Below, piece by piece: positions 10,385 through 20,015 of a stretch of 64,000 nt of DNA. Source of the DNA: Corallochytrium limacisporum Hawaii. Taxonomy: Eukaryota > Protista > Pluriformea. Location of the stretch: contig PDIP01000112.1 in assembly GCA_002811645.1 (NCBI GenBank), forward strand, positions 1-64,000, read 5' to 3'. Position 1 is the first letter of the stretch. The number at the start of each line of letters is the position of its first letter. The notes below the pieces were generated by a model that was not told the origin of the DNA, did no database searches, and saw nothing but the letters and a program-made list of their open reading frames with translations. The position numbers were made by a program, and so were the translations under genes.

Positions 10385-13085
10385 GATTGCTTGGCTAAGT
10401 TTAGAACAGTCTACGTATAACAACACTACATCTCCCTTAGGGATGCGATTGTGCTCCTTTAAATACCCGTGGGCGGTGTGTTCTCTTAAACTGCTCTCAA
10501 CATTATTTTGTGTGTCTGCTACTGTGCACATGACGAGGAAGGTACCGTTTGCCACAGCTTCTAGCTTATCACTTCCCGTGAGTGGGATCCAGATGCAATG
10601 ACTCAGAAGCGGGGGAGGGGCAGACCCTCCCTTTCTATAGGGGGAAAGCTGACGGTGCCCCAGATTGGTAAAAAGTGACGACCAGTGTGAGCTGGCTGAC
10701 CCTAAGACTCACGGAGATTATGTCGTGTGATAGCGTCAGTCCGCAGTACAAGGATTTGCTTGGAATGCCTTTGCTTGCGATTTCCCTTGCATCTCAAAGT
10801 ATTCCCCATCCAAATTGACATTCTTCAAGAGTTTTGGATCATTGATTTTGTATATTTCTCCGCAAGTAAGTACATTCACGGATACTGCACGTCATCATCG
10901 GCATTGCCTTCAGCGTCCGTCACAGCTTGCTGGACCACTGTTGCAGCGAATAAATCCCAATGTCATCTGTCGCCCAAAAATAAACATTGTTGTCAACAGT
11001 ACGTCCCCACGAGACACAGCAAAAACCAAAGAATAATGAAAGGGAGCGCCACAGTGTGCAACTACCTGTACAATAGCTTTTTTTTGCTCGAACAAGCAAA
11101 GGGTAGCCAATCTTTGTCCACATTCGAGGGGGTAGCACTGTACGGAAAACCTTCGAATGTGTGTGTCTTGTGGCAACTGCGTTCGTAGTTTCCCGTGAAA
11201 GTGAATCCTACAAAGTAGTGCACTTGGGCAAATTTGGCAACTGTTCCACTGCAAATCACCACCAGTAGTCAATTTAAAAAAACATTGTACAATTGTTCAA
11301 GCCCAAATTCAGCTAAATGCCATTGTTTACACGGATATCAAGAAAAGAGATCGCTCAATAGTAGCAACGGCGCATAGATCCAACAGGCCGTTTTTTTGGT
11401 AGCAGGTCATCCGCTGGCATCGGTACGATTATTAGGCATATTGTCCACGGTAGATTGCAAAATTGGAACACCCTGAACGTAATGGCGTAATTGTTCATAT
11501 TTTCGCCATGGGCTACCGAGACCCGGCCAGCGAATTCGAAGGAAATAAAATATTGGGCGGTGCGGTTGAACTTTTGGTGGCAAGGATCGCAAAGAAAGCG
11601 TTCTCGAGGGCACACATAGTCCAGTGTAATAGCAAACGAGTGTTATATTGTCACATTTTGAGCGCATACAACAGTACATACCTGATCGCGGCACTGCCAG
11701 ATCATTTGGTTTGCGTGCTGCGCTGCGCGTCCTTATTCGTTTGTGGTTCCTCAATACATTTGAAACAATCGGTCAGGAACGCACACACGGCACCTCATTC
11801 TTAAACAATGTACACTGATCAGACCCAGGTGGATTCTAGATGGCGCTAACCAGTCCCAGCCGCCTGTTCAGGCTCAGTTGCAAGCCGCTACACACATGTC
11901 TTGACATGGTCAGAAAGGTCAGTCTTGTCATAAACGTGTCATCCTGGGCACATCCCCTGGGCGTCTGAGTAGACGCACGGCTATACACAGGTTGAGTACA
12001 ACTTCGCAAAATTATTAGTACATGGTTAGAAACCGATATGTACCGCAAGGTTGTCGGCGAGCCTCTGTTCAATCGAAGTCATTTCCGAAGTAGAAGGGCA
12101 GCAATGTCTCGGCCACGAAAATTGGAAAATTCCATTGGTCATGGCTGTGGCAGCAAGGAATCTTCAGGGGCAACATGCCCAGTCTGTCAGGCTTGCAAAT
12201 GAAGGCGCCCTTTCCCTGTAGTAACAGAGTGTACTTGTGTACTGAAAATTTGACCTTGCAAGTGTAGTGTTCAAAATCACTTCATCATCTATTCACTGGC
12301 GTTTGGCAGTGGCATGGCCTATTGCATAGGTTCATGTTCAATCTGGGCTTCTTTTGACAGGCGTAGCCACGCACTGGGCCAGACGACCGAACGACTTGCT
12401 GCTGGATGGTGGAATGTGTTATGTCTCGCCGTGCATGAGAGATTGGTATTGAAACGTAGGTTCCAAGAACCATGGGATACCACAAGAGGAAAGAAAGTCA
12501 TTGGCATAGTGTGATATCATAGATTTGTCATCGATGTCTTGAGAATCGCAAACTATGAATAGAGTTGGGTGTAAAGCTAAGGCTTTCGCCACTTTGCTGT
12601 AAATTCACCTGTAGGCCTAGTCAAGTGAGGGAGATTCTGACCAATCAGCGCCCACTATTGATCCCTCCCTGACGAATGGTGCGCTCCCGGGAGAGGGAAA
12701 GACCAAGGTTGGGATTAGGTCCTTAGCCATTCTCTCAGTTTTCAAACCCTCCCTTCACTGGGGGGGGGGGGTGTCAAGAGTACGGAGCCATTTGATCGAA
12801 CGGAGCGTGCCACTATGCCCCACCTCAATCTCGGATTCTCTCGGCTTTGAGGCGGGTATCCATAGCAAAGACTCCCCTTCCGGGGCCTGGCTCGCCCCCG
12901 GCGCTTCCGAGCAAAGGAAGGCGTTCCCCTAATCTACTCTACGCAACAGGAGCTCTCCTTCGGGCAGTGGGTATCTTGGTAAGAATTTAAGGCCATTCTA
13001 GGTACTTTAGACATTTGACTAGGAATCCAATCTGTGCCGTTGAAGCTAAACAAATGAACACCCCGGACCGTCAAAAGAATTTAAG

Positions 13086-14630
13086 ATGTCAACGACAACA
13101 GTTTTTCAGGCGGCCAGGGAAGGCGACCTGTCAGCCTTAGAGTCTTGGATTCGGCATACGGAAAATTATAATCTGACAGATTCACATGGATTCACAGTTC
13201 TACACTGGGTGTGCCGCAACAACCATGTGGATGTGCTTGAGCTCATGATATCGTTTTGCAAATTAGGGATGGATGTGGAGAAACGGGCGCAATCTGGAGA
13301 TACTGCACTGTTGTTGGCCTCACAGTTCGGGAACGCTCGGGTTGTGTCTCTTCTGATTGATGCGCTTGGAGCTGATCCAGATGCTGTCAATGCGTTCGGA
13401 AACAGTGGACTTCACTATGCTACAATCAGGCGCAATAAAGAGCTGTCGGAAATCCTCATCAAAAATGGATGTCGCCTGGCTCGAGTAAACGCGGAAGGAT
13501 TGAGAGCGTCTGCGTTGAGACCTGACCATGACACTGACTTCACGCTTAGCTTAGAAACTATGGCCAAAGACCTGGGTCAAGATCTAACCGAGGATATTCA
13601 TGCAGATCTGAGCGCTTTTGAGACACGATTTGTGGGTGCTGGGTTTGGAAGAGACACTAATGAACATCCACGTGCGTCTGGCGTTGTAGAAGTAACCGTA
13701 ACGCCGTCTGAGGTCATTAACAATAGTCTATCAGGTGTATTCGAAAAGCTGGAACCAGAAGATATTGATATCCTAGCGGATGAGTCCACTATTGAAACCG
13801 CAAACAGGGTAGTGGAGACTTTCATGGGCACCGGATACTTCGGAAAGGTTACAGCTTACGAAAAGTTTAACATGAAGCATCCCGTGCAGGTCCTGGTGAC
13901 TTTCACTTCTGCCCCACTCTATGCACGCATGGGTATGGATACCTTTAATGACGAGATCACGGGTATGCAAAGGGCCACACAACGCCACGTTTCAAAGGTT
14001 TGGAAGGTGTTTTCAGAGCATCGCCTCTTACCAATTGTGGAAGTCTGTGGAATTGGGTCGGTTCCGCTACGTCATATCGTTCAGCAGGACCCTCAGGAGG
14101 CAAAGATTGGGGGTGAATTTGTCACTGTGCATGGTGCTACTGAGCTTGGTATCACACTTTGCGGGGCCATTCAGCATATGCATTCCCTGAGTCAACCTGT
14201 GGTGCATATGAATCTGAACGCGGAGACAGTGTACGTCGATCACCATGGCATGCCTGTGATTTCGTTGGGAAGTGCACTCTTCAAGCATACTGCTGAAGCT
14301 CAATTGATGGTGGAGAAGGCCCAGTTCCTAGCCCCTGAAGTCTTGCGCGGCGATGCCCTCGGTGGAGTCCTGAACAAAGACAATGCGCCAGCAGATATCT
14401 ATGGCTTGGGCATTATTCTTTGGCAAGCTTTGCACCGCGGCAAAGATCCATATCCAGATCTCAATGCGACTGAGATAGGATGGGAAGTAATTCTGAAAGG
14501 TTTGCGTCCAGAAATTGACGAAGAGCGTTGCCCGCGGAACTTTGCCCGTCTTCTGAAACTGACTTGGAATGCGCAAGGGGAAAGAAGACCTAGCATCGAT
14601 CAAATTCTGCAAGTGCTCGAGAAACTTTAA
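13086..14630 (+). CDS. ILK: Integrin-linked kinase (ankyrin repeats plus pseudokinase)
   Basis: N-terminus VFQAAREGD..W..TEN...DSHGFTVLHWVC and NAFGNSGLHYA match the ILK ankyrins; the kinase domain lacks HRD and DFG (HMNLNAETVYVD) and has LAPEVL and PYPDLNATEIGWEVILKGLRP, as in ILK. Confidence 0.88.
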   Translation: MSTTTVFQAAREGDLSALESWIRHTENYNLTDSHGFTVLHWVCRNNHVDVLELMISFCKLGMDVEKRAQSGDTALLLASQFGNARVVSLLIDALGADPDAVNAFGNSGLHYATIRRNKELSEILIKNGCRLARVNAEGLRASALRPDHDTDFTLSLETMAKDLGQDLTEDIHADLSAFETRFVGAGFGRDTNEHPRASGVVEVTVTPSEVINNSLSGVFEKLEPEDIDILADESTIETANRVVETFMGTGYFGKVTAYEKFNMKHPVQVLVTFTSAPLYARMGMDTFNDEITGMQRATQRHVSKVWKVFSEHRLLPIVEVCGIGSVPLRHIVQQDPQEAKIGGEFVTVHGATELGITLCGAIQHMHSLSQPVVHMNLNAETVYVDHHGMPVISLGSALFKHTAEAQLMVEKAQFLAPEVLRGDALGGVLNKDNAPADIYGLGIILWQALHRGKDPYPDLNATEIGWEVILKGLRPEIDEERCPRNFARLLKLTWNAQGERRPSIDQILQVLEKL

Positions 14631-14697
14631 GAACTGTTTCTGGCGCGCCGAATGCAATTTATGTGTTGAAGCCGTATTAAAGAATACAATAATCTCT

Positions 14698-15156
14698 TTA
14701 CTCATCATCGTCCGGTTCACTATTTGCTACATCAGGAGCACTGGCAGTACCAGCTGTCCCACTGAAGAGATTGCCGAAGAGACTTGACAGCTGCTGTATT
14801 GCAGATGGCTCGTTACTTCCAGGGTATATTGGCTTCCTTAGGAACCGCTTTTTGTCCGCTTCAGCGATAACCTCCTTGATGCCGTCAATGAAAGGCTTTG
14901 AGCTCTGAAATGTTGCATGTTCAAGATCGTTATATGTTTCAGCAATATCTGGAATTCGGAAATTTTGTTCAATATACATTCCTGAGACTATGCCCAGCAT
15001 AACGCCGCCCATCAATGCCTTGTTGACCTTCGCTAACAAGAATCCTGCCGCGAAGGATTTAACCCAAAATGGTACCAAAACCTCTTCATCATCTCTACGC
15101 GATGAAGAATTCAGCCTCCGCCTGCCATAAGGGCTATTATTGTCGCCGGATACCAT
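14698..15156 (-). CDS. SLC35A4-uORF microprotein / STMP1-family mitochondrial membrane protein
   Basis: PFWVKSFAAGFLLAKVNKALMGGVMLGIVSGMYIEQNFRIPDI resembles the human SLC35A4 uORF product (PFLKGFLAGYVVAKL...G.C.GIYAAQAYAVPNV) and STMP1 (GMYLAQNYDIPNL), both recalled from memory; ATG at 15156. Confidence 0.7.
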   Translation of the reverse strand: MVSGDNNSPYGRRRLNSSSRRDDEEVLVPFWVKSFAAGFLLAKVNKALMGGVMLGIVSGMYIEQNFRIPDIAETYNDLEHATFQSSKPFIDGIKEVIAEADKKRFLRKPIYPGSNEPSAIQQLSSLFGNLFSGTAGTASAPDVANSEPDDDE

Positions 15157-15599
15157 AGTGTGATAACTATATGGTGTGTGCCTCAATACTTGACCAATAT
15201 CATACCAACTTGTCTGCTTACCGCATTTTGTCTTTGATCCCAAATTATTGTACACAATCTTCAAGGGTCATCATACTTTGGCGTGGGGAATAGCTTGTGA
15301 AATAGTTTAACCAGTCCTACTCCAGCTGTAAGGAAGGAACTCCAACAGTGTTGCCGTAGACCCCTACCAAGCAGTCTGCAGCCGGGCAGTCACCGGGTCG
15401 TAGAAAATGGGAGGGGATTAAGCAAATCAAGAACTCAGTACCAATGGTATTGGAAGGGGAAACCAGAAAGGGAGGAGTAACCCGCCAACTGGTTGTAGAC
15501 TAGTGTTTTTTTTCCTGTTCCAGCAGTCGTCATTTATTTTTTTCTTAGTCTTTTCGCCTAGCGCGACGCTGTGAGAGATGAGATCAGTATATATAACCC

Positions 15600-16980
15600 G
15601 AGAACGACTTCCGCACCGCCAAGAGCCCCAGGCCTTCCCGGTCTTATCCCGTTGGAAGCGTTCGTCACAACGAACTAGGTGGGGAAGAATCCCTGTACAA
15701 GAGAACGAGGGTGCGGTAAGTGTTCTTGGCTATTGAACACTGTGGTGTTGGCCCACAGCGGGAGTAGAGGGACGTGCAGTAGTGATGGGTCAGAGTTGTA
15801 AACCAAGATAATTGTGAGAGAGCGTCCAGCCATGAGGAGATATGAGGGACGCGTTCGGACTGGAGGCGTGTACATTAGAGAAGTACGGGTGAATACGAGT
15901 GGCTCTGGAGGAAGCGCGAAAAGGTTTAGTCACGTCGAGGACAAGGAAAACGAATTCGATGATGTGGAAAGGGAGAGAGTAAACCTCCGATAGAATGAGC
16001 GTGTCTACGCCCCCCGGCGAGTATTGCTGTCCAGTCCTCTGATAAGTCGTCGGATTCCCCGTTCTTGCTCGAGACGGCATCGCAAGTGCGAAACTTATGG
16101 AAATGACATGCAGATCACCAACCCAAGCCGGGCAGGCCGCGGTCATTTGGATGGCACGATCCGTAGCAAGTCGAACTTAGAACCTTCGTCCTTCAACAGT
16201 GTCCGGCGTGATAGCCTTGCACTAAGTTTAAGAATCATCTGTGATTCCGAGGTTAGAATAACAATAAAACTTCGCCACTATATTACGCAAACCCCAGAGA
16301 AGAGAGGCAGCCCCTCTGGAGTGCGGTTGCCGTGCATATCCTACTGTTTTGGAAACGACCTATTGTGTGAGCGAGCTATACACGCAGCCCAACGTCACGT
16401 TGAATAGACTGGGCCGTCGGCATCAGGGTCATGAGAGGAGAGACTACTTTTTTTAAAGATATCGGTGCCCTAAATAGACATACCTCAACGTCGTTAGAAA
16501 AGTGTCTGTAAAATCTCAACGACGATTTGCAGGTGGTTCAACTTTCAAATGTGTAATTTGAAAAGCGGAACTACACTTAGGTTAAACCGGGCAATTCTCG
16601 CGACCGTGCGCAAACACTCCCACGAGAACCGTACGCCAACCAGACCTTAGGGTTAGAAGGCTGACGATGTCACGCAATGGACATCGCCCTTCACATGGCT
16701 CCATGTCCCGAAAAAGCTCTCTCTAGATCTATTTCCCAGTCAGGAAGCTGCAAGACACGTTCTTCCGTGAGCCATTCACAATTGTTCAGTGCACGTTTAA
16801 TTTCAAAAACCTTGCTAAAGACACCTGTGTATTCCCACCAGAGTTTCTTCTAAGCCACACAGCGTGCTAGCTTTTCTCAAGAATCAAACATCCCTTTCGG
16901 TTGTTGTATTCTTCAAAGACTCTGAGCGGCCTCTGTGGATACCGACAGACTGCGCTTATGTTGTCCGAAAGGGTCGGGGT
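15600..16980 (-). ncRNA. Candidate telomerase RNA (core 16426-16709; outer boundaries approximate)
   Basis: Minus-strand order: enclosing helix 5' strand (16709-16699), boundary hairpin (16692-16656), template CUAACCCUAA (16656-16647), two hairpin arms, H-type pseudoknot (16524-16441), enclosing helix 3' strand (16437-16426). G.U pairs favour the minus strand; no credible ORF in the region. Confidence 0.75.
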
Positions 16981-16998
16981 CTCAGGTGAACCCCAAAA

Positions 16999-17008
16999 TT
17001 TTCGCGCC
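16999..17008 (-). promoter_or_regulatory. E2F-like site TTTTCGCGCC upstream of the candidate telomerase RNA
   Basis: Matches the TTTSSCGC consensus; a short motif whose function is inferred from position only. Confidence 0.3.
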
Positions 17009-17195
17009 CAAAATATGCACACACATACACACACCCCCACCAAGCGTTCCATCAACAAATCTATGGTGCGGGTCGCCAGTAGCAGCAGTCTACTACAACA
17101 ACAGCACCTTGCCAACGTACAGAGAATGCTAGCTACTTTCTATTCGTCTCTTAATTCTCTTGCTCACACTGGAGCACCATTATGTATACATGATT

Positions 17196-20015
17196 CTATG
17201 CAATAGAGGCAGCAGCAGACCCGCCTGCTTCTATCTTTGCCTCCACGGATTCAGCGTGTCCAAGTTCTCGGTGATACTTGCCAACCAGGGAGCGATACTT
17301 GCTAAGAGTGTACGCACGCAAATAAGAGGTCCGGCTAAAGTCCGGACTGACCTTGAGAATGGGCACAGCGCGCTCAAATATGTCAACCTCAGGATCCAGA
17401 GAGCGTCCAACACCTTCCACTACACCAACCGCCATAACCACGGAGGCAAAATCGGGCTCAATTTTCACGTGGTAATCTGCCACGTAGGTCAGAATGTTAC
17501 CCAGTACCTCACCCACACTGACCTTGCCCAAGCTCAAAGTACGGCTGCGAACATTGTCCACAAGCTCGCCTACTTTGTCTGCGAATTCCTCAGGGTTCTC
17601 ACATTCGTGTCCTCTGGCACGCTCTACCATCATAAGGCCAACATCACGTCCACGTCCACTAGTCAATGCTTCAAACAGGTCTCTGAAGTTCTTACGATTA
17701 CCGGGTGAGAGCTCGGTAATGATACCTGTGTCCAGGAAAACAAGCTTTGGACCGGAATTTTCCTCATCTGTTTCACGCACTAAAATGTTACCGGGGTGCA
17801 AATCACCATGGATAAAGTTGTCCACAAGCAACATCTTCAGGAAGGCGTCCAGACCGAGACAAGCTAGCTGGTGACCAAGGGCATTCTTTTCGCTATTGTT
17901 GTCAAGCATGTACTCTGAGATCGGTGTACCAGGTTCATAGGACTCCATCAGATAGTCTTTTTCAATCATGTTAGGCACTGGTACTGGGAAGATGTACCGA
18001 TCCCTATCATCCTTGAAGTTTTTGTTGAACTGTACCAGGTTGAACGCCTCACGACGCATATCCAGCTGGTCAATCATCACACCAGTGAACTGCTCCACCG
18101 ACTCCCGAACGGACATCCAACGTGCCCTAGAACTATAGTCCAGAATACGAGCAAACGCATGAGCAAGAGCCAGATCCAGCAAAATGCTGTCTCGCACACC
18201 TGGATGAATCACCTTGAGTGCCACGTCCTGAGTCGTACCACTCACTGGATCGTAGATTCTGGCCTTGTGGACCTGTGCGATTGCACCACTACCAATAGGC
18301 TCCTGCTCAATGTACGCCACAGTGTCCGTAATGTTGTCCCCTAAGTAATAACGAAGTATCGACAGAGTTTCCTTCAGAGAATGAGTGCGAGACGCACTAT
18401 GCAGTTTGCTGAATCGGCAACAGAAATCCTCGCTGAAAATGTCCTTGCGAGTGCTGGCCCACTGACCAAACTTAATGAAGGCGGGTCCGGCCGACTCCAC
18501 GGCGTGGAAGAGCTGGTTCCACCACCAGTCCACAAAGTCCTTCTTCCAGCTCACGCTAGTTGGAATGAGATAGAAGAGGGGTAGGGTGATTAGATTGGGC
18601 AAGAACTTGATGTACAAGACGATCATACGGCCAAGGGTACGAATGACTCCAATGCGACGGAATTCCTGGACAGGATCAAAGTCTGACAGCTTTACAATGG
18701 CATCCACATCCAAAGATGTCGCGAGCTGTTTTTCGAGATCTACGACAGCCTCCACATCTCCCAGAGGCTGCAGGATACGTGCAGACATGTCCTCAGGGGC
18801 CTGTTCACCAGCACGTAGCGCAGCGTAGTAAATACCAAGGCCGGTAAGACCCACACCGATCACAACCAGTGTACGTTTATCCTGAAAAGTGCGGGCGATA
18901 TCCCTGAAGACATCCTGCATCGCACCAGACATGGTCTGTTCAGCAACTTTGACACTCTGATCATGAATTTGCTTCGCCTCACGAATAATCTGTTCACGGG
19001 CAGGACGCGCTGCAGGGACAGTACGGCGGGCGGCCTCGGATACGGCTGAGGTTGTACCTGCCATCGCAGAAGGTGCCTTAGCCATGGCTTCAGCAGGTGA
19101 GGCGGGTCGCTGCGTTTGTGTCGCCTGAGTGACTTCCTTCAGGGTAGATGCAGTGATCTTGCGCTGAACTCTCTTCTTGGGTGCAGCCAGAGGGGTGGTA
19201 CCAGAGACCATCCGATGGCTTATCGGTGCATTAACATCTCGAGAAAGAGCTGCAAGGAATGTTTTAGCATGCTGTGATGCTTCTCCAATCACTGCCAGTC
19301 CCTTTGGTGCCACCCTTTGACTCGCTATAAAGGCGACACGCGCCTCCTTGAAGCGGTTCAAGTGAGGGAAAGGCGTACCGGGTGACGATGTGCGGAGAGT
19401 AGGCAAAATCTCTGCGGCCGTTTCCATCACTTTGCGTTCCGACAAATCCTTCCACTGCTCGTGAGTTAGCTTTGTGATGCCTTGCTCTTTTGCTATCTTT
19501 AGGCGTGCCAGCTTCATGCTTAAATTTTGGGCCTTGATGCCTTCAAAGTTCATCGTACGACTGACGTGTTGGGAATGCCACTGGCGCCTGCGTGCAAGAG
19601 GGACCCATGGCTTTGGTTCCCGCTTCAAGACGTCAACCTTTGCCATGGTCTCGTAAGCTTGACCAAGCAGCTGTCTTGTCTCAGCCTGTGTCACCTGCTC
19701 GCCTCTAGACAGAGGAATCTGAGTATTCTGCTGATGTTTGGCCCTTTCACGCAACCGTCTATTTCGGACCGCAGCACTGTGACGAATCCTACCGAAGCCC
19801 GACTCTTTGTCAATGAATGTGCCCTGACCCTTATCTGCCGGTGGTCTACGGGGAACAAAACCATCCACACGACGCGCATAGCGCTTGAAACGAACTTGTG
19901 TAAAGTTGCCGTTGCCATTCGTCCCAAGACTAACATTCTTCTTTAAACTTGTCTGCCCTACCGATAGCAAAGGATTTTGCAGCCTCGCACAGCGAAGTCG
20001 GAGGACGGACAACAT
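17196..20015 (-). CDS. ABC1/UbiB-family atypical kinase (ADCK2/Cqd1-like), probably mitochondrial
   Basis: GPAFIKFGQWASTRKD (KxGQ), PIGSGAIAQVHKA, VALKVIHP, NFIHGDLHPGNILV, LDTG; basic transit-peptide-like N-terminus. Confidence 0.9.
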   Translation of the reverse strand: MLSVLRLRCARLQNPLLSVGQTSLKKNVSLGTNGNGNFTQVRFKRYARRVDGFVPRRPPADKGQGTFIDKESGFGRIRHSAAVRNRRLRERAKHQQNTQIPLSRGEQVTQAETRQLLGQAYETMAKVDVLKREPKPWVPLARRRQWHSQHVSRTMNFEGIKAQNLSMKLARLKIAKEQGITKLTHEQWKDLSERKVMETAAEILPTLRTSSPGTPFPHLNRFKEARVAFIASQRVAPKGLAVIGEASQHAKTFLAALSRDVNAPISHRMVSGTTPLAAPKKRVQRKITASTLKEVTQATQTQRPASPAEAMAKAPSAMAGTTSAVSEAARRTVPAARPAREQIIREAKQIHDQSVKVAEQTMSGAMQDVFRDIARTFQDKRTLVVIGVGLTGLGIYYAALRAGEQAPEDMSARILQPLGDVEAVVDLEKQLATSLDVDAIVKLSDFDPVQEFRRIGVIRTLGRMIVLYIKFLPNLITLPLFYLIPTSVSWKKDFVDWWWNQLFHAVESAGPAFIKFGQWASTRKDIFSEDFCCRFSKLHSASRTHSLKETLSILRYYLGDNITDTVAYIEQEPIGSGAIAQVHKARIYDPVSGTTQDVALKVIHPGVRDSILLDLALAHAFARILDYSSRARWMSVRESVEQFTGVMIDQLDMRREAFNLVQFNKNFKDDRDRYIFPVPVPNMIEKDYLMESYEPGTPISEYMLDNNSEKNALGHQLACLGLDAFLKMLLVDNFIHGDLHPGNILVRETDEENSGPKLVFLDTGIITELSPGNRKNFRDLFEALTSGRGRDVGLMMVERARGHECENPEEFADKVGELVDNVRSRTLSLGKVSVGEVLGNILTYVADYHVKIEPDFASVVMAVGVVEGVGRSLDPEVDIFERAVPILKVSPDFSRTSYLRAYTLSKYRSLVGKYHRELGHAESVEAKIEAGGSAAASIA

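Noticed and set aside
10727-11272. Protein-like fragments on the minus strand (for example GEIYKINDPKLLKNVNLDGEYF)
   Set aside because: Interrupted in all frames and no family recognised; a pseudogene cannot be supported without a search.
16647-16656. TTAGGGTTAG as a mere interstitial telomeric seed or Tbf1-type site
   Set aside because: Possible in isolation, but the abutting hairpin, downstream pseudoknot and enclosing helix are better explained by a telomerase RNA template.
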